From the IMG/VR virus record IMGVR_UViG_3300024279_000009, positions 1 to 63,449 of that record: a stretch of DNA of 63,449 nucleotides; one strand, written 5' to 3'. The first letter of the stretch is position 1. Every line of letters begins with the position of its first letter. Origin of the DNA: a virus. Its lineage: Duplodnaviria; Caudoviricetes. Both the position numbers and the translations under genes were made by a program. The notes beneath the pieces are model-generated. The model did no database searches. It was not told where the DNA came from and was given only the letters and a program-made list of their open reading frames with translations. Shown piece after piece: positions 55,069 to 63,263 of the stretch.

Positions 55069-55283
55069 TGGTTATGTGCCTCCATCCACTCTTGCTGCTT
55101 GAGAATCTCGCTCGGTCGCATCTTCATTCCTTTGGCTAACCGTGCGATCGTTCGTAACGTCGGCTGCTTCTTTCCGTTCTCTAAGTGGCTCAACTGCGTG
55201 CGGCCCATCCCGGTAACCTCCGCTAACGCGACCTGGCTGAGTCCTCGGCGCTTCCTACAGGAACGGATGGCGCTGCCGATCAC
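55065..55283 (-). CDS. XRE-family HTH regulator
   Basis: GLSQVALAEVTGMGRTQLSHLENGKKQPTL. Confidence 0.9.
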   Translation of the reverse strand: MIGSAIRSCRKRRGLSQVALAEVTGMGRTQLSHLENGKKQPTLRTIARLAKGMKMRPSEILKQQEWMEAHNQ

Positions 55284-55468
55284 AGCTCCACGTCCTCGCG
55301 TAACGCTCGATCCGCCAGCACCAAATCCCGAATCAGCTTTTCCTGTCGCTCTAGGTTAATCCCAGGCTCAAGGTAAGCTAGGCTAGCGGACTGGCGAGCG
55401 GCGAAATATTGCTGTACTAGCTTCCTCAGCCGGTCTAGGGCATCCAGGCGCTTGGAGGTGCGGGTCAT
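55280..55468 (-). CDS. Hypothetical protein
   Basis: ATGA-coupled start MTRTSKRLD. Confidence 0.55.
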   Translation of the reverse strand: MTRTSKRLDALDRLRKLVQQYFAARQSASLAYLEPGINLERQEKLIRDLVLADRALREDVEL

Positions 55469-56451
55469 GGCGTGTAGCACCTCGCAATCCATGTGCTGAG
55501 AGCCAACGGTATCTTGGCAATCTGAGCGGATGCGGCCTTGCGGGCCGTGCTTCTGCTGGACGCCTTCTGTATCAGATTGTTTGTCGAATCGTGCCACCAC
55601 CCGCCGCCGAATTTCAAACCATCGCTCTCGCTCTGATTCGTCAAATGGCGCGTGTGTGTGTGTCCATCGCGCTTGTTCGCGTGTCCAGTGGTTTTTAGCG
55701 CCATCGCCTCTCGCACTCTCGGCTCATGGTCCGCTCCGTGAAACGATGGCGATGGGATGCCGTACTTCTCAGGGAAGTGAAAGTTGCGGCCCTTCTGTTT
55801 TCTCGCCTTCGTAAACGGCATCACGGCTGGCACGTCTCCCCACAGATAGAAGCTTCCAAAGTGCCAACGGGCGTGTCCTACCCACTTCTCCGCGCCCTTG
55901 ACGTTCTCCACCACCATCGGGATATGCCGGTATCCAAACTCCAGAGAGCGATTGTCTCGCACTGGACCATACTCCTTCCATTGGTGGGTAAAGCATTCTG
56001 AACAGCAACGCCTTCCGAAATGCCCGAGAACAGTAGCCAAGCGAGGACATCCTACCCATGCATCACACCGATAGTCTTGATCGAGAATGCGGTTTGCGGC
56101 CTCGCAGGCTTCCCGCTGAATCCTGAAGCATGAATCGAACAGCGTGTTCAGTTCGGCGCGGCGTTCTTCTGATTCTTGGTAGTGCTTAATCATCGCCTTC
56201 GACCGCGACCAAGGCATTGCCATGTACGAGTACTTCTGGCACGGAGGGCTGGCTACGATAGCGGCAGCGTCTTTGAATTGCGATCCGTGAAGCGTCAGCA
56301 CGTCTTGGATCACCAACTCGGCCCCGTCTGGAACTGGTCCATGGTGCGGCTCGTGCGCGATGTCGAATCCTACAGCCCGCCATCCTTCCGCCAGAAACCC
56401 AGCAGACCATCCGAAGCATCCCGCGAAAAGGTCAATCACCAACGGCTTCAC
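55465..56451 (-). CDS. C5-cytosine DNA methyltransferase-like protein
   Basis: IDLFAGCFG, ASPPCQ, VENV and AKIP motifs. Confidence 0.85.
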   Translation of the reverse strand: MKPLVIDLFAGCFGWSAGFLAEGWRAVGFDIAHEPHHGPVPDGAELVIQDVLTLHGSQFKDAAAIVASPPCQKYSYMAMPWSRSKAMIKHYQESEERRAELNTLFDSCFRIQREACEAANRILDQDYRCDAWVGCPRLATVLGHFGRRCCSECFTHQWKEYGPVRDNRSLEFGYRHIPMVVENVKGAEKWVGHARWHFGSFYLWGDVPAVMPFTKARKQKGRNFHFPEKYGIPSPSFHGADHEPRVREAMALKTTGHANKRDGHTHTRHLTNQSESDGLKFGGGWWHDSTNNLIQKASSRSTARKAASAQIAKIPLALSTWIARCYTP

Positions 56452-56648
56452 TTAGGCAACTCCCTCTGAGGCTGCGCTGTGACGTACTCCCAATCGCGCT
56501 GGCGTAGTTCCTCGGCTTGCTCGTCGAAGCGTTCCCTCCACCAAAGTTTATCCTCGCTCGTGACCTGGCTGCGAAGGTCGGCGGTCCGGTCGGATCGAGC
56601 TTGTCCGGCGATCTGCAACGGAGCTACTTGGTCCTTGGGCTTTTTCAC
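56448..56648 (-). CDS. Hypothetical protein
   Basis: GTGA-coupled. Confidence 0.55.
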   Translation of the reverse strand: MKKPKDQVAPLQIAGQARSDRTADLRSQVTSEDKLWWRERFDEQAEELRQRDWEYVTAQPQRELPK

Positions 56649-56983
56649 TTCAGCCTCCGAAACCTAGCCGCGGCGAATTGCTGGTAGACCAAGACCTTGA
56701 CCCGCTTCCCGCCGATCCAGCGGTACTCCCTACGGCATAGCGGCCGGTGTGACCGAGCCAGCTTCCCGCCGACGCCCACTAAATGCCGCGCAAATCCATC
56801 GACCTTTGTCGATAACCCGTCAGCTCTTACGCAGCGTTCTGAGCAAAACCGGCTCTCCCAATCCTCCCCTGCGGCCCCGGCAGCGAAAACGGTATGGCAA
56901 TGGAGGCAGCGGCGCCGTACCGTGCAAAGGCGCACCCTTCCGGCGCAAAGGGCGGGCTTCCTCGTGATGGGGCGGTTAGTCAT
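56645..56983 (-). CDS. Basic zinc-finger protein
   Basis: CLHCH...RFCSERC. Confidence 0.55.
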   Translation of the reverse strand: MTNRPITRKPALCAGRVRLCTVRRRCLHCHTVFAAGAAGEDWESRFCSERCVRADGLSTKVDGFARHLVGVGGKLARSHRPLCRREYRWIGGKRVKVLVYQQFAAARFRRLK

Positions 56984-57438
56984 AGATTCACGTGTCCGCA
57001 ACGTTCGAAAGCATCACCCTCATAGACCCAATGTCCCTTCAGATGGGCGTCGTCCTTTGTGCTTCCAACGACCCTTGTGTCGTAATGCTGCATCGGCGTT
57101 TTGGTGATTTCCTTCCGTCCGTCCGGCCAGCGTTCGATCCGCTGAAGAACGCGCACCCAACCGTTGTCACATCCCGCGCACTTTGGCGAGTCGCTTGAGT
57201 TGTCGGTCGAACTCTGCGTAGTCTTCCGCGCTTGGAGGCTCTTCCGCAATTGGGCTGGGCTTGGCATTCGGTCCAGGTTTTGGATCGCTAAGTCTACGGC
57301 TATCTGTAGCTCCTGGTCCGAGAAGTCGCGCATTGCCTTTAAGTACACGTTCCCCGTTGCGTCGTCCATCTGGCGATGGTGCGCCCTGAATAGCTCCCTT
57401 AGGCTGAGTAGCCTCTCTGGCGATGTTTCGTAGGGCAT
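56980..57438 (-). CDS. Replication accessory protein (helicase-loader-like, inferred)
   Basis: YLKAMRDFSDQELQIAVD...RMPSPAQLR and CAGCDNGW; directly after rep. Confidence 0.6.
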   Translation of the reverse strand: MPYETSPERLLSLRELFRAHHRQMDDATGNVYLKAMRDFSDQELQIAVDLAIQNLDRMPSPAQLRKSLQARKTTQSSTDNSSDSPKCAGCDNGWVRVLQRIERWPDGRKEITKTPMQHYDTRVVGSTKDDAHLKGHWVYEGDAFERCGHVNL

Positions 57439-58129
57439 TGTCTGTTCCCTCGTTGATAAGTTGGTCGAAAGTCTTTGGCGGCGGTGTGGGTATCTTCGGA
57501 CCCTCCGCATACTCCGAAAAGTGCTCACAGAAGAACTTCAGGTTCCCTCGCATTTTGCGGGTGAACGGCTCCGTAGATTGCAGGAAGCTTACCCAACGGT
57601 CCTCGAAGTCAGCCACGGTAATTGACGGGTTGGAGCAAAGCTCCATTAGCGGCAGGGTGTCGCGGTGTAGCCAGCCTGGCTCGCGCTTCAGCAGTTCACG
57701 GTAGGTTTCAGCGGCGACCTCGAAGCACTGTTCCCAAGTTTCAAGAGCGGCTTCTCTAGGTGTATCTAAGTCTTTCTTAAGTCTTTCTTTAGATGGCCTA
57801 GCACTATCCTGCGTGGTTGGTGCGCAGTTTCCTGCTAGGGGTATAGCAGTTTCCTGCGTGGCCCTTAGCACTCTACTGCCTTTGCAGTATTCTGCTACTA
57901 TAGCAGGATACTGCTCAAGCTCAGTGATGATGTCCGACACCCGGCGAGCCGAAATATTGCACCGTTTACCGATCTCCTTGTTCGTCAATTTGAACCCGTA
58001 CTTGTTACCGACCGACAAGATCAAGCCATAGACCAGCTTGGCAGATGGAGACAAGTTGGACGCGAGAATGCTATCAGGAACCATGACGTACCTCTCGGAC
58101 TTCTCGGTAGTTTTCAACTCTCCCCCCAC
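57167..58129 (-). CDS. Replication initiator with N-terminal HTH
   Basis: LSPSAKLVYGLI...TNKEIGKRCNISARRVSDIITELE; C-terminal NLKFFCEHF. Confidence 0.75.
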   Translation of the reverse strand: MGGELKTTEKSERYVMVPDSILASNLSPSAKLVYGLILSVGNKYGFKLTNKEIGKRCNISARRVSDIITELEQYPAIVAEYCKGSRVLRATQETAIPLAGNCAPTTQDSARPSKERLKKDLDTPREAALETWEQCFEVAAETYRELLKREPGWLHRDTLPLMELCSNPSITVADFEDRWVSFLQSTEPFTRKMRGNLKFFCEHFSEYAEGPKIPTPPPKTFDQLINEGTDNALRNIAREATQPKGAIQGAPSPDGRRNGERVLKGNARLLGPGATDSRRLSDPKPGPNAKPSPIAEEPPSAEDYAEFDRQLKRLAKVRGM

Positions 58130-58245
58130 TAAGGGACGGCCTGGGCGGGTGTAGTGGCACCCGCCCGTGGTGGCCTTTCCTATACATCGCCAGCGGAGCT
58201 ACCGCCGACACTTCGGATTGTATTTCATCAGGCATTCGAGCGCAA
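58126..58245 (-). promoter_or_regulatory. rep promoter and structured leader with potential pseudoknot
   Basis: TTGCGC-17-TACAAT (58245-58217); 9-bp stem whose loop CCACTA is complementary to TAGTGG over the GTG start. Confidence 0.65.
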
Positions 58246-58707
58246 GAGCTTTCTGCAAATCCCTGGCCGGCTCATGGCAAATCCTTGAGTTGCTTGGCGG
58301 GACAGTTTGAAGATGCTCTCTGCGGACTTCTTGGCGCTCCTGCCCGCCGCCGTCTGTTCGCTCGTATCGTTGAAGGCTCGCTCTGATTCTTCGGCTATCT
58401 TCTCTAGCGTAACCCTCAACTTCTGCTCTCTGGCTGCCCGTGCGGAGAAGCGCAGGGCTAGGGCGGACATCGCTTTTACGCGAAGCTCGTTTTTGTCGTT
58501 GATGTGCTCGTCCGCAAAGCTGTACCTTTTCAGAGCTTTGACCTCCTGGTTAATCAGCGTCAGGATCTCAGCATCATCTCCCTCGCGCACCGCTAGGTGC
58601 TCGGTGAGAACGGCGGCAATGCCCTGTAGCTTTTCCCGATCCCCTTCCTGGGCATTGGTTAGCTCGTAAATCTTCGTTAGGATGTCTTGCGCTATTTTGA
58701 TAATCAC
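58228..58707 (-). CDS. Helical hypothetical protein
   Basis: GTGA-coupled; AGGAGG site. Confidence 0.6.
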   Translation of the reverse strand: MIIKIAQDILTKIYELTNAQEGDREKLQGIAAVLTEHLAVREGDDAEILTLINQEVKALKRYSFADEHINDKNELRVKAMSALALRFSARAAREQKLRVTLEKIAEESERAFNDTSEQTAAGRSAKKSAESIFKLSRQATQGFAMSRPGICRKLLRSNA

Positions 58708-59138
58708 TTGCCCTCCTTGGCGTCGAAGTCTTTCAGGGCTTCATCAGCGATGTCTCTCACTGTATAGAGCATTCCGACAGGCTCCGAGTGGACCAGCACT
58801 GTTGCCTCCCGAATCTTACCTAGCGCCTCTACCGCCTCGCGCAACTCCTGGCGGGCGGTAGCAAGTCTTGCTTCAGCCATTGGAACCTTGACAGCGAAGT
58901 CTCTGCCGTTGAACTCTTCGCCAAATTCACGCGAGAACCAACGATGCGCGATCATCGCGTCTTCATACAGTTTGTCGGCTCGTTCGCGGGCTTCGAGGAG
59001 AGCTTGGGCTAGGTCTACACCTAGTTCCGCCAGTGTGCAATTGGCACATTTTTCCGAAGGTCCCTCGGGATGCCCACCGTCTTTTACTTCTGGTGATGCC
59101 AGCAACTCCTTCAGTCGTTCCGTACTCAGGTCAGCCAT
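58704..59138 (-). CDS. Coiled-coil hypothetical protein
   Basis: GGGAG site. Confidence 0.65.
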   Translation of the reverse strand: MADLSTERLKELLASPEVKDGGHPEGPSEKCANCTLAELGVDLAQALLEARERADKLYEDAMIAHRWFSREFGEEFNGRDFAVKVPMAEARLATARQELREAVEALGKIREATVLVHSEPVGMLYTVRDIADEALKDFDAKEGK

Positions 59139-59230
59139 GGTGTTCTCCCTTCAGTCGCGTGTTTTCTCACCGGATGCGGCCCCCGGTTAATGCCGTAAAG
59201 GTTGGTCAAACTCAGTGGTAGTGTATGGCC

Positions 59231-59641
59231 TCAGAGGGCATCACCTCCCATCCTTTCCCTCAGCAGGGAGAGCAGCCGCTTGCCTGCAATCTGAATTAAC
59301 TGCGCCTGTGTTTGAGGATCGTAAGTGTCAATGACAGATTCAATTTCCTCCAACTCCTTGAGCAAGTCGGGCTGCGGAGAAAGCTTTCGGCACCAGCACT
59401 TCGTGTTGCAGCATTTCGGCGCTTTGTGTTGGTGGTATTCATCGCAACCTAAGATGTGTTCACGTTCCGGCTCAGGCTGCGCGTCGAAGTCGGTCAATGC
59501 TGAAACTAGTTCATCGTAGGTTTCCAACACAGCCTTGTTGCGATCTGCGGCATCACGAAACCCAGTGGGTCCGATACCGACACCATAAACGCCTACAAAA
59601 TCTCGTGCCGCGTCTCTCAACTTCTTAACCTTGTCGGTCAT
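59231..59641 (-). CDS. Hypothetical protein with Cys cluster
   Basis: ATGA-coupled start MTDKVKK; CCNTKCWC. Confidence 0.6.
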   Translation of the reverse strand: MTDKVKKLRDAARDFVGVYGVGIGPTGFRDAADRNKAVLETYDELVSALTDFDAQPEPEREHILGCDEYHQHKAPKCCNTKCWCRKLSPQPDLLKELEEIESVIDTYDPQTQAQLIQIAGKRLLSLLRERMGGDAL

Positions 59642-59793
59642 TTCGTACCCCCACACAACGCGGGATAAACGTGCATGATCTGGACTGTCCGCATATCTGT
59701 TGGACCAAGCAGCAAAGCTATCGTAATTCCGGCAAGCATTCCGGCCAGAAAACACATGAACCAAATCTCGTTACGCCTAGTCTTGTCGGTCAT
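59638..59793 (-). CDS. Single-TM small protein (51 aa)
   Basis: AGGAG site; IWFMCFLAGMLAGITIALLLG. Confidence 0.55.
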   Translation of the reverse strand: MTDKTRRNEIWFMCFLAGMLAGITIALLLGPTDMRTVQIMHVYPALCGGTK

Positions 59794-59804
59794 TTGGGTG
59801 CTCC

Positions 59805-60056
59805 TTACCATAAATGCTCACTGAGCAAGCGCTCTTTCTGTGTTTTGGTTTGTCCCGCACGGAAGGCGATAAGCGACGCTTCGTCTCGGCTGACAAAGCG
59901 TCCAGTGTCGGTGAGAAATCCTTGTATGCTTTGGGGGAAGTGGGCATCTGGCAGAGTAGACCAAATCTCACCCATGATGTCGGCGTGTCGGTGGCCCTTG
60001 TAAATCTTCCCGCCGTACAGTATGGCGGCGTTGATGATTCTCTCGCGCTCTCTCAT
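59805..60056 (-). CDS. Conserved phage protein
   Basis: GHRH...QGFLTDTGRFVSRDEA..AGQ...LLSEHLW pattern common in phages. Confidence 0.75.
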   Translation of the reverse strand: MRERERIINAAILYGGKIYKGHRHADIMGEIWSTLPDAHFPQSIQGFLTDTGRFVSRDEASLIAFRAGQTKTQKERLLSEHLW

Positions 60057-60481
60057 TTTCCCCTCGCTTTGATCTTGGCGGAGACTGCGCGGATCTTGTC
60101 AATCTCTGAATCTGGCTCGCCCTCTCGTAAATATTCAAGGCTGGCTGCGCGTTCTTCAAGAGATTCCACCACCACACCCCACTCAGCTTCGGTGAGGACA
60201 GGGCGCGTGTAGTTGTAGGCGGCTTGGGCTACGTTAAGCCAACGCGCCGTTGGTTCCGGCCCCATTTTCTCCCAACTCCATGGAAGCTCGTCTTCCTCCA
60301 ATGGGCCTTCATGCAAAGTTGCAGCCAGTACACGTGCCAGCCCTTCCACATCCACCTTGACTGGCGCTTCGGGTCCATAATCAGGATCAGGCAATTTCTC
60401 CGCATCCGTCAGTGGAACAGGGGTTGCCAGCTTATTGAATCGCTCAGCGGCTTTCCTGTGATGCTCTGGTGTCCCAGCCAA
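60053..60481 (-). CDS. Hypothetical protein
   Basis: In the operon; start uncertain. Confidence 0.55.
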   Translation of the reverse strand: MAGTPEHHRKAAERFNKLATPVPLTDAEKLPDPDYGPEAPVKVDVEGLARVLAATLHEGPLEEDELPWSWEKMGPEPTARWLNVAQAAYNYTRPVLTEAEWGVVVESLEERAASLEYLREGEPDSEIDKIRAVSAKIKARGK

Positions 60482-60656
60482 ACCAGCTTACGCAGGGCCA
60501 GTTCCTCCCTCCCTCAAGCCAGCGAACCCGAAACTCCTTCGCGGCCTCCACAACCTCATCCCGGAGCAGGCGTAGGCGCTTGTCACGGGCGATGATCCGC
60601 TCGACATCCTTGCGGTTGCGGACGGTCTGCCATCTTTTCGTCAGTTTACTTGCCAT
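60444..60656 (-). CDS. Hypothetical basic protein
   Basis: AAGGA site. Confidence 0.55.
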   Translation of the reverse strand: MASKLTKRWQTVRNRKDVERIIARDKRLRLLRDEVVEAAKEFRVRWLEGGRNWPCVSWFGWDTRASQESR

Positions 60657-60831
60657 GCTTTCCTTTCTTGCGCACTTCCACGATCCGGCAGAGGCGCACG
60701 TCCTCGTAGTTCACGCGGCGGCGATTGGGCGACACCGAGATAACCTCTTCTCCCCCGAGTACTGGAGCGATTCTCCACACATGCGGCTTGCCACCGCTAA
60801 AACCAATCCAAAGGAACCTATTCCTAGCCAT
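60646..60831 (-). CDS. Hypothetical protein
   Basis: GGAGG site. Confidence 0.55.
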   Translation of the reverse strand: MARNRFLWIGFSGGKPHVWRIAPVLGGEEVISVSPNRRRVNYEDVRLCRIVEVRKKGKHGK

Positions 60832-61048
60832 GCGCCCTCCTGTCAGTCTCGTTCGCTAGCTCCATTTGTTCGGCCAAGTCGTGCGCTGCCACGTCGCAAA
60901 AGTCACTGGAGCAATTCGCCTCTCCGCAAATCTCGCAGACGAAATCCAATTGCTGGTCGAAATAGCTAACCGGCATTTCCCCTCCTGGGTGGTGCGGCAT
61001 CGTCTTGCTCTGGCGTTTCAATAGCGCACCCGCATCCTCCCCATTCAT
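60824..61048 (-). CDS. Small Cys-containing protein (start probably later, MPVSYF)
   Basis: CEICGEANCSSDFC; AGGAGG before MPVSY. Confidence 0.5.
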   Translation of the reverse strand: MNGEDAGALLKRQSKTMPHHPGGEMPVSYFDQQLDFVCEICGEANCSSDFCDVAAHDLAEQMELANETDRRAHG

Positions 61049-61202
61049 CGCAAGGGATAGCCTGCTTTGCTTCGATGCGTTCCCGAAGGACTCGTAGAGT
61101 TAGCGGCGACTTGATGCCCGCCTTGGTTTCCGTGAGGATTGACACGTCCTTGCCGATAAACTCACGGAATCTCTGTTCCTCAGATTCGTGATGCGCGTAC
61201 AC
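60966..61202 (-). pseudogene. C-terminal fragment of a phage PAPS-reductase-like protein
   Basis: EQRFREFIGKDVSIL...PLTLRVLRERIE...EWGGCGC, with no N-terminal domain upstream. Confidence 0.55.
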
Positions 61203-61203
61203 T

Positions 61204-61332
61204 TCAGGCCGCTTTTGCCATGATCCGGTCGAGCATTTGGCTCATCGTTAGTTCGGCCTTCGCTGCGGCCACCCGGAGTTTGTAGACGGTCTCTTTGTCA
61301 ACACCTCGTAAGAACAGGTTCACTTTGCTCAT
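61204..61332 (-). CDS. Ribbon-helix-helix regulator (42 aa)
   Basis: VNLFLRGVDKETVYKLRVAAAKAELTMSQML. Confidence 0.75.
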   Translation of the reverse strand: MSKVNLFLRGVDKETVYKLRVAAAKAELTMSQMLDRIMAKAA

Positions 61333-61340
61333 GGGTTTCA

Positions 61341-61392
61341 GGGATATCACAGATATTTTTAGTTTGCAAGGATTTTCTTCAGATGCTATCGT
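61341..61392. promoter_or_regulatory. Divergent promoter pair sharing one palindromic -35
   Basis: TTGCAA at 61364-61369; 17 nt to TATCGT on + and 17 nt to TATCCC on -. Confidence 0.7.
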
Positions 61393-61399
61393 TATTCCT

Positions 61400-61843
61400 G
61401 TGTTCAACCCTCAGCCCAAATCCCCTCCGCGCGGCCGGCGCAAGCCAAAGCCCCTGAAGCGCAGCCCCTTGAAGCGTGGCGCCAAGAAGATCCGCGGCAG
61501 GACGCAGCTCGTTCACGTGAGGCTCGACGCTGATGGAATTGCCGAAGTGCTTTCCTCGTGCCATCCGGCATCCTGCGTGAACGTAGGAGCGATCCACGAA
61601 GTAAGAGCCGTGGCGGTTGGAGTGATCCGCCAGCGTGTCTTCCAGCGAGCAGCAGGGCAGTGTGAGCGGGTTGTGGACGGAGTGAGGTGCAAGAACCGTC
61701 CCAAGGTCCTACACGAATGGCAGCACAGGGGCAGGCAGGGCCACCAGAGCCTTGAGAATTGTGGAGCGATCTGTGAGACGTGCCATACGCTGGAACATCC
61801 AGAGAAACAAATCAGCAAGTTACAGAGATACCCTCAGAAATGA
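61400..61843 (+). CDS. HNH-family nuclease with basic N-terminus
   Basis: LKRSPLKR; RAAGQCE...C..LHEWQHR..SLENCGAICETCH. Confidence 0.75.
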   Translation: MFNPQPKSPPRGRRKPKPLKRSPLKRGAKKIRGRTQLVHVRLDADGIAEVLSSCHPASCVNVGAIHEVRAVAVGVIRQRVFQRAAGQCERVVDGVRCKNRPKVLHEWQHRGRQGHQSLENCGAICETCHTLEHPEKQISKLQRYPQK

Positions 61844-61855
61844 CCGAAAGATACG

Positions 61856-61884
61856 TTGACTCGTTTTTCCCGTAGGCGCATAGT
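61856..61884 (+). promoter_or_regulatory. Promoter, leaderless
   Basis: TTGACT-17-CATAGT; GTG 7 nt later. Confidence 0.6.
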
Positions 61885-61891
61885 GGTCTCC

Positions 61892-61978
61892 GTGAGCGAC
61901 AAAGCAACCAACCGAATCAACGCAGCCTTCATGGTCCTGTTCTTCGTTCTCATGGCGGCTATGGTGGTGTCCCGGTGA
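61892..61978 (+). CDS. 28-aa TM peptide
   Basis: MSDKATNRINAAFMVLFFVLMAAMVVSR; GTGA-coupled to the next ORF. Confidence 0.5.
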   Translation: MSDKATNRINAAFMVLFFVLMAAMVVSR

Positions 61979-62106
61979 AGCCAAAGAAACAGCGTCAGTC
62001 CAAACCCAAGCGCTTGAAGTTAAAGCCGGTGGCGAAGCCTCGCGGACTTGAAGTGCTGTTTGATGGCAAGCGAGTGAATCTGAATCTGCCGAAGTGTGGA
62101 GAGTAG
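61975..62106 (+). CDS. 43-aa basic peptide
   Basis: MKPKKQRQSKPKRLKLK... Confidence 0.45.
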   Translation: MKPKKQRQSKPKRLKLKPVAKPRGLEVLFDGKRVNLNLPKCGE

Positions 62107-62108
62107 CT

Positions 62109-62384
62109 GTGTCCTACGACCCAAACAAGCGCGAGGAATGGTGGGACCTAGAAGTAGGCCAGTGTCGCGGCTGTGGCGCACCTGTTGAGGAAGAACACGA
62201 GCCAGGATGCCCTGAGATGCAGGCTGATCTTGTGGATCAGGCTTACGAGCGGGAGCGGGATCGCCAACTAATGCCCCGTCCCAAGCCATCCCCCAATGCG
62301 GTTTACGGCGCACCATCGGAAGAGGAGATGGAAGCCACATTCAGGGAGCACGGCTTGGGTGGTCTGGAATCGAGGGCGTCGTGA
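62109..62384 (+). CDS. Hypothetical protein with CxxC..H..C motif
   Basis: CRGCG...HEPGC. Confidence 0.6.
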   Translation: MSYDPNKREEWWDLEVGQCRGCGAPVEEEHEPGCPEMQADLVDQAYERERDRQLMPRPKPSPNAVYGAPSEEEMEATFREHGLGGLESRAS

Positions 62385-62671
62385 TCGAACTGAACGCGCC
62401 ACTGCTGAAGTACATCGAGGCGTACTCGTGGCTGTTGTCGGCTACGAACCACCTCATCAGCGAAACCAGCTGTTACGATGAGGGAGATCGCAAAGCCATA
62501 GCTCTCCTGGGTGGTCTCTACCGGGATCTAGAAAAGGAAATCACTCCCCGCATTTGCGGCGCTCTCGAAGCCAAGCACATCATTCGCAAGGACCGAGACA
62601 TTGAAGCGTGCCGCATTGCTGTAGCTGTGATGGACCGCATCCAGCCAGTGGACGACAGGGAGAGCGCATGA
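62381..62671 (+). CDS. Hypothetical protein
   Basis: Coupled at both ends. Confidence 0.6.
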   Translation: MIELNAPLLKYIEAYSWLLSATNHLISETSCYDEGDRKAIALLGGLYRDLEKEITPRICGALEAKHIIRKDRDIEACRIAVAVMDRIQPVDDRESA

Positions 62672-62982
62672 CGGAAGCCGCGATCAATTCTCTCCGCAGG
62701 AACGCCACAGAGGACCGGCGCGGTGAGTCGCACGATGAGTTTGTGTTGGGTGTTGAGTCGGGTGGTCTTGCCGCAGTGGTCGTTGACGGGGGAATGAGTA
62801 GGCGGCTAGGGGTTCCCCAAGAGACCACCCACCCGACTGAGCATCCAAAGCAATTCAACGGACTCGCCTGGACCGGCTTCCACGACATGACCAGAGAACA
62901 GCAAGACCGATGCTTGGAGATTGTAGGGTACGAGCGGTGCGCCCAAGGATTTTTCGATCCATCTCAACTGGAGGCAGCGTGA
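62668..62982 (+). CDS. Hypothetical protein
   Basis: ATGA-coupled; HPTEHP motif. Confidence 0.6.
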   Translation: MTEAAINSLRRNATEDRRGESHDEFVLGVESGGLAAVVVDGGMSRRLGVPQETTHPTEHPKQFNGLAWTGFHDMTREQQDRCLEIVGYERCAQGFFDPSQLEAA

Positions 62983-63263
62983 AAAAGAAGCAGCAGGCAG
63001 TAGTGGTGACAACTCAACACAAGGGTGTGTTCTTCGGATACGCAGAATCAACCGATGGCCCGACCATCACTCTCACCAAGGCGCGGATGTGCATCTACTG
63101 GACCGCTGACCTACGCGGGTTTATGGGCTTGGCTGTGCGTGGCCCACAGACTGGTTGCAAGATTGGCCCTGCCGCTGAAAGCATGATCGTCCGCGACGTG
63201 ACGGCGGTGGTCGAATGCACGCCACAGGCCGTAGAGAACTGGGAAAAAGGCATCTGGCAATGA
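62979..63263 (+). CDS. DUF6948-like (Sm-like fold) phage protein
   Basis: VVVTTQHKGVFFGY...TLTKARMCIYW...GLAVRGP..CKIGPA...ECTPQA; GGAGG site; sits directly before the Gly-Tyr repeat gene. Confidence 0.8.
   Translation: MKKKQQAVVVTTQHKGVFFGYAESTDGPTITLTKARMCIYWTADLRGFMGLAVRGPQTGCKIGPAAESMIVRDVTAVVECTPQAVENWEKGIWQ

Noticed and set aside
55065-55283. CI-like repressor implying a temperate lifestyle
   Set aside because: Short HTH without a peptidase domain, embedded mid-operon; no integrase or partition genes recognised, so lifestyle is unresolved.
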